From assembly GCA_016187035.1 (NCBI GenBank), contig JACPKL010000005.1:199150-263149 (forward strand): a stretch of 64,000 bases of DNA, in the 5' to 3' direction. Position numbers and translations under genes: made by a program. Origin of the DNA: Candidatus Daviesbacteria bacterium. Its GTDB lineage: Bacteria; Patescibacteriota; Microgenomatia; Daviesbacterales; UBA10151. Below, in pieces: positions 19,644 through 28,761 of the stretch (the first letter of the stretch is position 1; each line of letters begins with the position of its first letter). The notes beneath the pieces were generated by a model, which was not told the DNA's origin, did not search any database, and worked only from the letters and a program-made list of their open reading frames with translations.

Positions 19644-20324
19644 ATGTCTTATGTTATTACAGATAACACTATACCTCAAGCGATAAACGAAGTTAGTCTA
19701 TACGATTTTGCCAAAAGACTGGTAGATACTTTAGGATCTTTGTTTGCTTTAATATTACTTACCCCATTTATACTTCTGGTTTCTATAGCTATAAAATTAG
19801 ATTCTCCGGGGCCTGTTTTTGCTGATACTCCAATGAGAGCTGGTAAAGGGGGTAAATTGTTTAAGATTTATAAATTCCGCTCTATGGTACAAAATGCCCA
19901 TGAGCTTTTGGAAAATAACCCCAAACTCTTAGAAGAATATAAAAAAAACAGCTATAAAATTTTTAATGATCCAAGGGTTACTCCTGTAGGAAAGTTTATT
20001 AGGAGATTTTCTATTGATGAAATACCTCAGTTTTTTAATATTTTGAGAGGAGAAATGAGCCTAGTAGGTCCAAGGGCATACTATCCTTATGAGCTTGAGG
20101 AACAGCAAAAGAATTATCCCTCTTCCCGTAAATTTGTTAAAATCATTTTATCTGGTAAACCTGGAGTAACCGGACTTTGGCAGGTTTCAGGCAGATCAGA
20201 AATTAATTTTGATAAGAGGGTAAAAATGGACGCATTGTATATTACTAGGCGTTCCTTGCTATATGATTTTTGGATTATGTTAAAGACTATCCCAGCAGTT
20301 GTTTCTGGCAGGGGAGCAGTATGA
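19644..20324 (+). CDS. Undecaprenyl-phosphate sugar phosphotransferase (small WbaP/EpsL-type priming transferase, Bac_transf)
   Basis: SPGPVFADTPMRAGKGGKLFKIYKFRSM, DEIPQFFNILRGEMSLVGPRA and PGVTGLWQVSGRS are hallmark motifs of the family. Confidence 0.9.
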   Translation: MSYVITDNTIPQAINEVSLYDFAKRLVDTLGSLFALILLTPFILLVSIAIKLDSPGPVFADTPMRAGKGGKLFKIYKFRSMVQNAHELLENNPKLLEEYKKNSYKIFNDPRVTPVGKFIRRFSIDEIPQFFNILRGEMSLVGPRAYYPYELEEQQKNYPSSRKFVKIILSGKPGVTGLWQVSGRSEINFDKRVKMDALYITRRSLLYDFWIMLKTIPAVVSGRGAV

Positions 20325-20361
20325 GGACCTACGATCATTGCAACATACGGTCTAAAGGATT

Positions 20362-22227
20362 ATGGCACTTGTCAATTTGAATCAAATACTAAATAAAAAG
20401 ACTGTTAAACACAAAACTATAAATAGGTTAATAGTAGTTTTAGTTATCTTACTTATTTTTGTAGGTATTCCTTTGATTTTTATTCTTTGGGAAGCTAAAG
20501 ATATTATTAGTCACGGAAGAGGAATTGTTGCTTCATATAAGCAGCAGAATTTTGATAATTTGAAAAAAGAGGTTAGTTCTACAAAATGGGAATTACAAAA
20601 GACAAACATTGCTCTAGGTTTTCTTTTTTGGGTTAAAGCTATACCTATACTTGGGGGATATTATTCTGATGTAAAGGGGTTTGCAGGAGCTGGAGTAGAG
20701 GAGTTAGAAGCTATGGATAAATTACTATCCAGTCTTCAACCAAGTAAAGCAGAATTGGGATTTGATGGTTATCCAAAGAGCGGACCTGACAGAATTACCC
20801 AGGCAGTTAAAATTTTGGATAAATCTTTACCTAATATTGATAAGATTGAAGGTAATTTAAAAAAAGCAGCTGAGTTGGTTAAAAATATAGATACCAATAA
20901 ATACCCGCAAAAATTTAAGGGCAAAGATATCAGAGATAATTTAGAAACAGCTAAAAATTTTATTATGGGAGCTCAAGTTGCTGTTAAAGAAGGAAAAGAA
21001 GCGCTGACTATAGCACCTCAGGCTTTAGGTTTAACTTCACCTAGAACTTACCTTTTACTTTTCCAGAATGACAAGGAAATACGCCCTACCGGAGGGTTCA
21101 TGACAGCCTATGCTACGATAACTTTAAGCAGTGGCCAGGTTAACGCAACCACCTCAGATGATATCTACAGGCTAGATGAAAAATTATTAAACGTTTGTTT
21201 GACAAAAATATGCCCTCTGACTCCCCCGTCCCCTATTGTGAAATATTTGCCTGAGGTTACCGGTAAAGTAAGGTCTGCCTGGAGTATGAGAGATTCAAAT
21301 ATTTCACCGGATGTACCTACTTCTGCCAGGGAATTTGAAAGAATGTATCAGCTTTTGGGCCAGGGTTTACCATTTGATGGAATAATTTTTATAGATACAC
21401 AAGTAGTGGAGGAGTTAATTGAGGTAACAGGGCCAATAGATGTTTACGGAACAAAATACTCTCAAGAGATAGATAAAAGGTGTAATTGCCCTAATGTGAT
21501 TTATGAGCTTGAATCATATGCAGAAATTGCTGCTAAAGGAGAAAAGGATAGGAAAGCGATTTTAGGAGTGTTAATGCAGCAAATACTTGCAAGGTCTGTT
21601 GGGTCTGATGTAGAAAAGCTGCCTCAACTTATAGAAACAGTAGCCACTTTAGCTAACCATAAACATGTGATGTTTTTTATGCATGATACAAATACCCAAA
21701 AAGCTTTAGCTAACCTAAATTGGACAGGGGAAATTAAAAATACAGACACTGATTATTTACATATTAATGACTCTAATTTTGCCGGAGGTAAGTCTAATAT
21801 ATATGTTGAGCAAACAGTCACTCAGGAAATCAATACTCAAAAGGATGGGGTTAAGAAAAAGATTACCATTGAGTATAAAAATCCCCAGGCGTTTAATACC
21901 TGGTTAAATGGTATAAATCGGGATTATGTCAGATTCTATGTGCCAAAGGGAAGTAAATTGATTTTTTCCAAAGGATCAGAGGTGGAGGTAACTACCATTG
22001 AAGACTTGGGTAAAACAGTCTTTGAGGCATTTGTCCAGGTTAGGCCCACAAATTTGCGGAAGCTTGAGATAGAATACACGATCCCCTATCAGTTAGAAGG
22101 AGAATACAAATTATTAATTCAAAAACAACCAGGAGCTAAAGATTTCAAGTATAAAATTAAACTAAACGGTTCCCAAAAGGCAGACTTTAACTTAGACACT
22201 GACAAAGAATTTAAATTTGATATCTGA
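20362..22227 (+). CDS. DUF4012-like membrane-anchored protein
   Basis: N-terminal TM helix. The LLLFQNDKEIRPTGGFMTAYATITL segment matches my recollection of the DUF4012 signature (NxxE-R-x-TGG). The family is often next to polysaccharide loci. Assignment from memory only. Confidence 0.55.
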   Translation: MALVNLNQILNKKTVKHKTINRLIVVLVILLIFVGIPLIFILWEAKDIISHGRGIVASYKQQNFDNLKKEVSSTKWELQKTNIALGFLFWVKAIPILGGYYSDVKGFAGAGVEELEAMDKLLSSLQPSKAELGFDGYPKSGPDRITQAVKILDKSLPNIDKIEGNLKKAAELVKNIDTNKYPQKFKGKDIRDNLETAKNFIMGAQVAVKEGKEALTIAPQALGLTSPRTYLLLFQNDKEIRPTGGFMTAYATITLSSGQVNATTSDDIYRLDEKLLNVCLTKICPLTPPSPIVKYLPEVTGKVRSAWSMRDSNISPDVPTSAREFERMYQLLGQGLPFDGIIFIDTQVVEELIEVTGPIDVYGTKYSQEIDKRCNCPNVIYELESYAEIAAKGEKDRKAILGVLMQQILARSVGSDVEKLPQLIETVATLANHKHVMFFMHDTNTQKALANLNWTGEIKNTDTDYLHINDSNFAGGKSNIYVEQTVTQEINTQKDGVKKKITIEYKNPQAFNTWLNGINRDYVRFYVPKGSKLIFSKGSEVEVTTIEDLGKTVFEAFVQVRPTNLRKLEIEYTIPYQLEGEYKLLIQKQPGAKDFKYKIKLNGSQKADFNLDTDKEFKFDI

Positions 22228-22247
22228 CGGATAAAGAAGAGGCAAAA

Positions 22248-22300
22248 ATAAATTATGCTATATTTAGGTTGTTGTATCAATATTTCTTAGGACCGTCCCT
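22248..22300 (+). repeat. Family-A repeat copy A2 (..TATTTAGGTTGTTGTATCAATATTTCTTAGGACCGTCCCT)
   Basis: Aligns over about 50 nt with copies A4-A6. Intergenic between the DUF4012-like gene and recO. Confidence 0.8.
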
Positions 22301-22367
22301 AATGAAACATTAGTCAGTAACAGGAGAGTGCATAATCAGTTACTAGAAATAATTAAATCCATTCTAC

Positions 22368-22425
22368 CTAAAGGTGTGAAGCTAGTAGTAGTACACCCTT
22401 AGGGTGTGCAATGCAAGTGCAAACT
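22368..22425 (+). repeat. Family-B hairpin repeat B1 (orphan copy)
   Basis: AAAGGTGTGAAGCTAGTAGTAGTACACCCTTAGGGTGTGCAATGCAAGTGC. Stem ACACCC/GGGTGT with loop TTA. No transposase nearby. Confidence 0.8.
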
Positions 22426-22469
22426 TTTTTAAAGTTGCAGAGGGCTTTAAGATAAGATAAACTCCCCTC

Positions 22470-23129
22470 ATGCAAGGATTTAAGGCAGAGGGGATTGTGT
22501 TAAAAAGAAGGAATTTTGGGGAAGCGGACAGGATATTGACAATTTTATCTAAAAGCAAAGGAAAGATTGTTGTTTTGGCAAAAGGAGTAAGGAGAATTAC
22601 TTCCAGAAGAGCTGGGAATGTAGAGCTTTTAAACAGGGTATCTATATATCTTCATCAGACAAAAGGAATACCTATTTTAACTGAAGCAGAGAGTATAGAG
22701 AATTTCTCAAGATTAAAAGAAGATTTAATCCTGTCTACAGTAGCCTTTCATATAATTGAGCTGGCTGATAAATTAACAGCTGAAAACCAGGAGAATGGGA
22801 TTTTATATAATCATTTAGTGGAGGTATTACAAAGACTGGGGAAAAACCCCAGACAAATTTTAGTCAGAGCATTTGAGGCAAAGATATTAAGTAACTTGGG
22901 TTTTATGAGTTTCAGGGAGATTAGGGAGGAGAAGAGTCCAGTGGACTCTTCGAGTGGAGGGATTGGGGAATTATTAAAAGATTTAGAAATAGCTTCCTGG
23001 GATGAGATAGAAAAAAAGGAAATTAATCAAAAACAAGCTCTGGAAGTGGAACGCATATTACGATATCATTTAGAAAGAGTAATAGAGGGATCACTTAAGA
23101 GTAGGCAGTTTTTGAAAAAATATGAATAA
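22470..23129 (+). CDS. recO: DNA repair protein RecO
   Basis: N-terminal OB-fold sequence FKAEGIVLKRRNFGEADRILTILSKSKGKIVVLAKGVRR is typical of RecO. Confidence 0.85.
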   Translation: MQGFKAEGIVLKRRNFGEADRILTILSKSKGKIVVLAKGVRRITSRRAGNVELLNRVSIYLHQTKGIPILTEAESIENFSRLKEDLILSTVAFHIIELADKLTAENQENGILYNHLVEVLQRLGKNPRQILVRAFEAKILSNLGFMSFREIREEKSPVDSSSGGIGELLKDLEIASWDEIEKKEINQKQALEVERILRYHLERVIEGSLKSRQFLKKYE

Positions 23130-24438
23130 TAACTTAATGGAAAAAGTTGTAGCACTTTGTAAAAGAAGAGGGTTTATTTTCCCTGGTTCTCAAATTTATG
23201 GAGGATTGGCTAACTCCTGGGATTATGGTCCTTTAGGGGTAGAGCTGAAAAATAATATTAAACAGGCCTGGTGGAAAAGGTTTGTCCATCTTAGGGAAGA
23301 TGTTTTGGGAATAGATGCAGCCTTAATTATGAATCCTTTAGTTTGGGAAGCTTCAGGACATGTTGCTAATTTTCAAGATCCTTTAATAGAGTGTAAAAAG
23401 TGCCACCAGCGTTATAGGGTCGACTACATTAAAGATAAGATCTGTCCTAATTGTGGTGGAAAAGATTCTTTTACTGATGAAAAGATGTTTAATCTGATGT
23501 TTAAAACCTTTATTGGTCCAGCAGAGGAGCAAACAAACACTGCATATTTTAGGCCGGAAACAGCCCAGGCTATGTTCGTAGATTTTAGAAATGTAGTGGA
23601 TACCCAAAGATTAAGGCTGCCTTTTGGAATTGCCCAAATCGGGAAAGCGTTCAGGAATGAAATTACTCCAGGGAATTTTATATTTCGGACCCGCGAATTT
23701 GAACAAATGGAAATTGAATATTTTATCCCTCCTCCCAAATCTGAGAAAGATTGGCAAGGGCCATTTGAGGTTTGGAGAAAAGAGATTTTAGCCTGGACTG
23801 CCAATGATCTAGGTGTGGGACTGGAGAAAATCCATGAACATGAAATTCCTGCTAGTCAAAGGGCACATTACTCAAAACGGACCATTGATTTTGAGTATGA
23901 TTTTCCTTTTGGTGTGAGTGAATTATATGGATTGGCTTACAGGACTGATTTTGATTTAGCAAACCATGAGAGATACTCCGGACAAAATTTAAAATATAGG
24001 GATCCTGATACTGGTGAAGAATTTATCCCTCATGTAATAGAACCAACCTGGGGAGTAGACAGGTCAGTATTGGTTGTATTAATAGATAGCTATACTGAAG
24101 ATCAGGGAAGGGTGATTTTAAAACTTCCTCCAAAACTAGCTCCTATAAAGGTAGCTGTATTTCCACTTCTTGCGAATAAACCGGATCTGGTTGGAAAGGC
24201 AAAGGGAATATATCAGGATTTAAAGCATCAGTTTACAGTTGCCTGGGATGACAGGGGAAATATTGGAAAAAGGTATGCTTCTCAGGATGAGATTGGTACA
24301 CCATTTTGTATTACAGTGGATTTTCAAAGTTTGGAAGATGAAGCTGTGACAATTAGAGATAGAGACAGCGCTAAGCAAGAAAGAGTTAAAATAGTTGACT
24401 TAAAGACACACTTTTTTGGTAAGATAGAAGTAGAGTGA
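23122..24438 (+). CDS. glyQS: Glycine--tRNA ligase (dimeric class II type)
   Basis: CKRRGFIFPGSQIYGGLANSWDYGPLGVELKNNIKQAWW, FRPETAQAMF and FRNEITPGNFIFRTREFEQMEIEYF are class II motifs. Confidence 0.93.
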   Translation: MNNNLMEKVVALCKRRGFIFPGSQIYGGLANSWDYGPLGVELKNNIKQAWWKRFVHLREDVLGIDAALIMNPLVWEASGHVANFQDPLIECKKCHQRYRVDYIKDKICPNCGGKDSFTDEKMFNLMFKTFIGPAEEQTNTAYFRPETAQAMFVDFRNVVDTQRLRLPFGIAQIGKAFRNEITPGNFIFRTREFEQMEIEYFIPPPKSEKDWQGPFEVWRKEILAWTANDLGVGLEKIHEHEIPASQRAHYSKRTIDFEYDFPFGVSELYGLAYRTDFDLANHERYSGQNLKYRDPDTGEEFIPHVIEPTWGVDRSVLVVLIDSYTEDQGRVILKLPPKLAPIKVAVFPLLANKPDLVGKAKGIYQDLKHQFTVAWDDRGNIGKRYASQDEIGTPFCITVDFQSLEDEAVTIRDRDSAKQERVKIVDLKTHFFGKIEVE

Positions 24439-25331
24439 AACTTCAAAAACTGCTAAGGTTTAATAGGACTACTATAATTTTAGTATTTGCGATTATCCTA
24501 TTAGGAGTATTAAGTTGGTTAGGGGTACAAAAGTTTACTTCTCAAACTGTTGAACCTTTGGAAGAAGTTGATTTACCTTTTGATGCTGAAGGGCCTTATG
24601 CCATTTTATCTCCAAGACGTGATGGAAATGCTCTAATTTTAAATTTGAAAAGAACAGCGTCTTATGATTCTGTTATTTATGAGTTAGCCTACACCAGCAA
24701 AGTTGAAGATACAAAAGTGCAGGGTACTAAAGTACTTGAGGAGGGAGAGGGTCAGGGTAATGGAGGTAGTATAGACAGGGGAGTTCAGGGGACAATTGAT
24801 ACTAAAGACAAGAAAGGTGAGTACGAACAGGAGATTTTGTTTGGAACTTGTTCTAAAAATGTTTGTAAATATGATAAGGGAGTAGAGAACGGTACTTTAA
24901 CATTACATATTAAGAAAGGTAATAAAGCTTACAAAATGGTAACCCAATGGTATCTACAAAAGCCCGATATAGCACTTGGAGTTTTAACATCTGGAGACAA
25001 CCACTTAACCTACAAAGTAGATGCCTCAAGGGAGGAATTATCAAATGTAGGATTTTCTATTATTAATGATTTAACAGGAGTTCCAAAGTTGCCTGCTGGT
25101 AAAACAGCATTGGGTAAGGTTTATTCCTTGAATGTGCCTATTGCCAAAGAGTTAAAAAAAGGTTCAGTTACTCTAGAATTAGCAGAGAGCCCTTCGCCTG
25201 ATGTTAAGCTTTATAGATATAATCAATCAAAAGGTGATTGGGAGCAGTTGGATACAAAAATAGAAGGAAGTAAATTGTCAGCTGATGTTAGCGGAGCCGG
25301 TATATTTGCTGTTTTCGCCCTTAAGAAGTAG
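24435..25331 (+). CDS. Hypothetical membrane-anchored/secreted protein
   Basis: GTG start in an overlap with the glyQS stop. N-terminal TM helix (TIILVFAIILLGVLSWL). No recognised domain. Confidence 0.55.
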   Translation: MKLQKLLRFNRTTIILVFAIILLGVLSWLGVQKFTSQTVEPLEEVDLPFDAEGPYAILSPRRDGNALILNLKRTASYDSVIYELAYTSKVEDTKVQGTKVLEEGEGQGNGGSIDRGVQGTIDTKDKKGEYEQEILFGTCSKNVCKYDKGVENGTLTLHIKKGNKAYKMVTQWYLQKPDIALGVLTSGDNHLTYKVDASREELSNVGFSIINDLTGVPKLPAGKTALGKVYSLNVPIAKELKKGSVTLELAESPSPDVKLYRYNQSKGDWEQLDTKIEGSKLSADVSGAGIFAVFALKK

Positions 25332-25408
25332 AGTTCAATAATTACTTCAACTCCACAGTTGTTCCTAGGTCTCCTTACATAAATTGGGGACTTGACAAAT
25401 GCACTTAT

Positions 25409-25454
25409 AATGGCGGAAAATGGTAATACATGGTGAATAATGGCATGTGCCATT
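25409..25454 (+). promoter_or_regulatory. Candidate MraZ operator: four TGG[CT] direct repeats at exact 10-bp spacing, plus an inverted half-site
   Basis: TGG at 25411, 25421, 25431 and 25441, with the last unit forming AATGGCA-tg-TGCCATT. Lies 37-80 nt upstream of the mraZ start, just downstream of TTGACA (25392-97) and TATAAT (25406-11) hexamers. Confidence 0.45.
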
Positions 25455-25490
25455 GAAACTTAAATTCTGCCCAGAATTGAGGATGTCCTC

Positions 25491-25907
25491 GTGTTTTTGG
25501 GCGAATATCAAACAAAGTTTAGCGGAAAAGGAAGAATAATTCTTCCTCGAAAAATTAGACAAGAGTTGGCAGGCAAGGAAATAATATTAGGCCGTGGTTT
25601 TGAAAGTTGTATTTTTGGATATGATTTAAAAGATTTTGAAGAGGAAGCAAGAAAGCAGCTTGAAATATCTGCTTCAGAAGAACGGGCCAGGTATATGCGG
25701 AGGTACTTATTTTCTGGCAGCCAGTCAGTAGAGTTAGATGCTCAAGGTCGGATTGTTATACCATCTGCCCTATTAGATTTTGCTAGCGTTAAGTCTGATG
25801 TGGCAATTATTGGCGCGGGCGATCATTTTGAAATTTGGGATTTAACAGGGTGGAAAAAGCATATTAAGACTATTGAAGAGGAGTATAACGATGGAAGGAT
25901 ATCATAG
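25491..25907 (+). CDS. mraZ: Transcriptional regulator MraZ
   Basis: FLGEYQTKFSGKGRIILPRKIR and DAQGRIVIPSALLDFA form a duplicated SpoVT/AbrB-type MraZ half-domain. First gene of the dcw cluster. GTG start. Confidence 0.9.
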   Translation: MFLGEYQTKFSGKGRIILPRKIRQELAGKEIILGRGFESCIFGYDLKDFEEEARKQLEISASEERARYMRRYLFSGSQSVELDAQGRIVIPSALLDFASVKSDVAIIGAGDHFEIWDLTGWKKHIKTIEEEYNDGRIS

Positions 25908-26766
25908 GTCCGTTCTTCTAAGAGAAGTGATTAAGGCTTTGGATGTTCAGGATGACTATTGGTATTTGGATTGTACTTTAGGTGATGGTGGACATAGTCT
26001 AGAGATTCTAAAGCAAGGCGGGAAAGTGGTAGGGTTGGATGTGGATCCCCAAGCTTTAGAAAGAACTGAGGTCAGGTTAGGGGGTTTAGGGAATGTGGTA
26101 TTAATTCAAGGTAATTTTAGAGATTTAAAAGATTTACTAAAACAGCAGACGGACACTGACAGTCTAAAGTTTGCAGGTGCAATCTTTGATCTGGGGGTTT
26201 CCAGTTTGCAGTTCGAAGACCCCAACAGGGGTTTTTCCTTCTTAAGGCAAGGCCAGTTGGATATGAGAATGGATCCTTCCCTGCAGGTTAAAGCCCTTGA
26301 TTTGATTAACGTTTTATCAAGAAAGGAGTTATATGAATTATTTCATAATTTGGGTGAAGAGAAATATTCTAAGCGTTTGGCTGCTGCTTGCTCAAGCACC
26401 CGTGAAGTAGTGCCAATAAGAACAACAACAGAGTTAGCCGAACTGATGGTTAGGGCGGTGGGGGGTCTTAGAGAAAAGATTCATCCTGCTACCAGAGTAT
26501 TCCAAGCCTTAAGGATAGCTGTAAATGATGAGCTAAATGCTTTAAAAGCTGGTTTAGATCAGGTTAAGGATTTAGTTTATGGGTACATTTGCGTTATTTC
26601 TTTTCATTCTTTGGAAGATAGAATTGTTAAGACTGTATTTAAAGAATGGGAAGGCAAGGGTGTGGGTCAGATAGTAACAAGGAAACCCATTGTGCCTTCT
26701 GATGAAGAAATATATGAAAATCCCAGGTCCAGGTCGGCAAAAATGAGAGTTTTTAAAAAGATATGA
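25891..26766 (+). CDS. rsmH: 16S rRNA (cytosine1402-N4)-methyltransferase RsmH/MraW
   Basis: HRSVLLREV, DCTLGDGGHS, DLGVSSLQFED and FHSLEDRIVK. The ATG at 25891 has GAGGAG 8 nt upstream. The track start at 25873 was rejected. Confidence 0.92.
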   Translation: MEGYHRSVLLREVIKALDVQDDYWYLDCTLGDGGHSLEILKQGGKVVGLDVDPQALERTEVRLGGLGNVVLIQGNFRDLKDLLKQQTDTDSLKFAGAIFDLGVSSLQFEDPNRGFSFLRQGQLDMRMDPSLQVKALDLINVLSRKELYELFHNLGEEKYSKRLAAACSSTREVVPIRTTTELAELMVRAVGGLREKIHPATRVFQALRIAVNDELNALKAGLDQVKDLVYGYICVISFHSLEDRIVKTVFKEWEGKGVGQIVTRKPIVPSDEEIYENPRSRSAKMRVFKKI

Positions 26767-27059
26767 CTATCACAAAAAAATTTGAGCCGGAGGGAATACT
26801 AAAAAAGTATCCAAAAAAGTATGTTATATTTACCGTTTTTTTCTTGTTGGCTTTAATGTTAGCTGAGATTTACACTAGCAATAATGTGACTGCTTATGGA
26901 GATAAGTTTGATAAATTATCTGCTTTAGAAAAAAGTTTACAAACAGAAAATCAAATTTTAGAAAATGAAATAGCAAAAGATTCCTCACTAAAAGTAGTCG
27001 CCTCTAAATCTGCACAGCTTGGCTTTACTAATAGTCAAGATATACAATATATTCGGTAA
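26763..27059 (+). CDS. ftsL: FtsL-like cell-division protein
   Basis: 98 aa with a single TM helix, then a coiled-coil (LSALEKSLQTENQILENEIA). Conserved position between rsmH and ftsI. Confidence 0.6.
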   Translation: MTITKKFEPEGILKKYPKKYVIFTVFFLLALMLAEIYTSNNVTAYGDKFDKLSALEKSLQTENQILENEIAKDSSLKVVASKSAQLGFTNSQDIQYIR

Positions 27060-28756
27060 TGCGAATATTCTGGATTAAACTTTTTTTCCTATTATTTTTC
27101 TTAAGCATTTTGGTCAGACTATTTTATTGGCAAGTTGTTAAAGCAGAGTTCTTACAAGCACAAGCTGAAGGCCAATATTATACAGATATTAAAGTTAGGG
27201 CTTTAAGGGGTAACATACTTTTTTCTGATGGAGCTATTTTGACCTCAACCAACCCCTCTTTTAATGTTTTTGGCCAGCCAAAATTAATGGAGCCGGATAA
27301 AATTACTAAAAATGGATATTTGTTAGCTAAAGTATTGACTGAAGATGGAGAGGATATAGATGATCTGGCTAAAGATTTTATCAATAAATTATCACAACCT
27401 TTATACTGGGTACTTTTAAAAAAACAGGTTTCCTTTGATAAGAAAAAACAAATGGAGGATTTGAATTTAGAAGGAATTGGATTTGAGCAAACAAGTAATA
27501 GATTTTATCCTGAAGGATCATCTTCTGCTCACCTTTTAGGGTTTGTTGGTTTTGATGCAAAAGGCGATAACAAAGGTTATTTTGGAATAGAAGGTTTTTA
27601 TGATAGAGAACTTAAGGGAATTCCAGGAACACTTAGACATGAGAAAGATGCTGCTGGATTGCCTATTCTAATAGGAAATTTTCTAACTTCTGATGCAAAA
27701 AATGGCAAGGAATTAATTTTAAACATTGATAGGACTGTTCAGTTTATTATTGAAGACCAGTTAAAAGAAGGAATAGAAAAATATGGAGCCAAAGCTGGGT
27801 CAGTGGTGATCATGGATCCAAAAACAGGAGCTATTTTAGCTCTGGCAGCTTACCCTAATTATGATCCTGAAAAATATACTGGTTTTCCCAAAGAATATCT
27901 TAAAAATCCTGTTGTTGCAGACCAGTATGAGCCTGGCTCAACCTTTAAAGTTTTTGTAATGGCTGCTGCGATGAATGAGGGTTTAGTAACACCAGACACC
28001 AAATGTGATATATGTTCTGGACCAGTTTCACTTGGCGGGTTTTCGATTAGAACTTGGAACAATAAATATTATGCTAATACCAGTTTAAAAGATGTGATTA
28101 TTCACTCAGATAATACAGGGATGGTTTTTGTGTCAAAAAAGTTAGGTTTAGATAGATTTTATTCTTACTTGGAAAATTTTGGTTTTAGTAAATCTACAGA
28201 AATTGATTTACAGGATGAGACTGATGCGGAGATAAAACCTAAAAAAGAATGGAGAGAGATTGATTTAGCTACTGCTTCGTTTGGACAAGGAATTGCGGTT
28301 ACGCCGATCCAGATGATTAGAGCTGTATCAGTAATTGCTAATGGTGGTTATTTATTTGAACCGCATGTAGTTAGACTTATTAAAGATGACAAAGATACTT
28401 TTGAAATAAAACCAAAAATAATCAGGCAAGTGATTAAGGATTCTACTGCCCAAACTATTAAAGAGATGATGGTGGCAGCAGTTGAAGAAGGTGAAGCAAA
28501 ATTCTTTAAGCCAAAAGGGTTTAAAATTGCTGGTAAAACTGGAACTGCTCAAATTCCTGTTGCTGGCCATTATGATGCAAATAAAACAATAGCTTCATTT
28601 GTTGGATTTGCCCCTGCTGATGATCCAAAATTTGTGATGCTTGTCAGATATGATCAGCCAAGCGCATCCATTTATGGTGCAGAAACAGCAGCACCTACTT
28701 TTTTTGAAATCGCAAAAGAGCTTTTTACTTATTACAAAATAGCTCCAACAGAATAG
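27059..28756 (+). CDS. ftsI: Penicillin-binding protein (class B transpeptidase, FtsI/PBP2-type)
   Basis: SxxK (STFK), SxN (HSDN) and KTG (KTGTA) active-site motifs. N-terminal TM anchor. dcw context. Confidence 0.9.
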   Translation: MRIFWIKLFFLLFFLSILVRLFYWQVVKAEFLQAQAEGQYYTDIKVRALRGNILFSDGAILTSTNPSFNVFGQPKLMEPDKITKNGYLLAKVLTEDGEDIDDLAKDFINKLSQPLYWVLLKKQVSFDKKKQMEDLNLEGIGFEQTSNRFYPEGSSSAHLLGFVGFDAKGDNKGYFGIEGFYDRELKGIPGTLRHEKDAAGLPILIGNFLTSDAKNGKELILNIDRTVQFIIEDQLKEGIEKYGAKAGSVVIMDPKTGAILALAAYPNYDPEKYTGFPKEYLKNPVVADQYEPGSTFKVFVMAAAMNEGLVTPDTKCDICSGPVSLGGFSIRTWNNKYYANTSLKDVIIHSDNTGMVFVSKKLGLDRFYSYLENFGFSKSTEIDLQDETDAEIKPKKEWREIDLATASFGQGIAVTPIQMIRAVSVIANGGYLFEPHVVRLIKDDKDTFEIKPKIIRQVIKDSTAQTIKEMMVAAVEEGEAKFFKPKGFKIAGKTGTAQIPVAGHYDANKTIASFVGFAPADDPKFVMLVRYDQPSASIYGAETAAPTFFEIAKELFTYYKIAPTE

Positions 28757-28761
28757 ATTTC

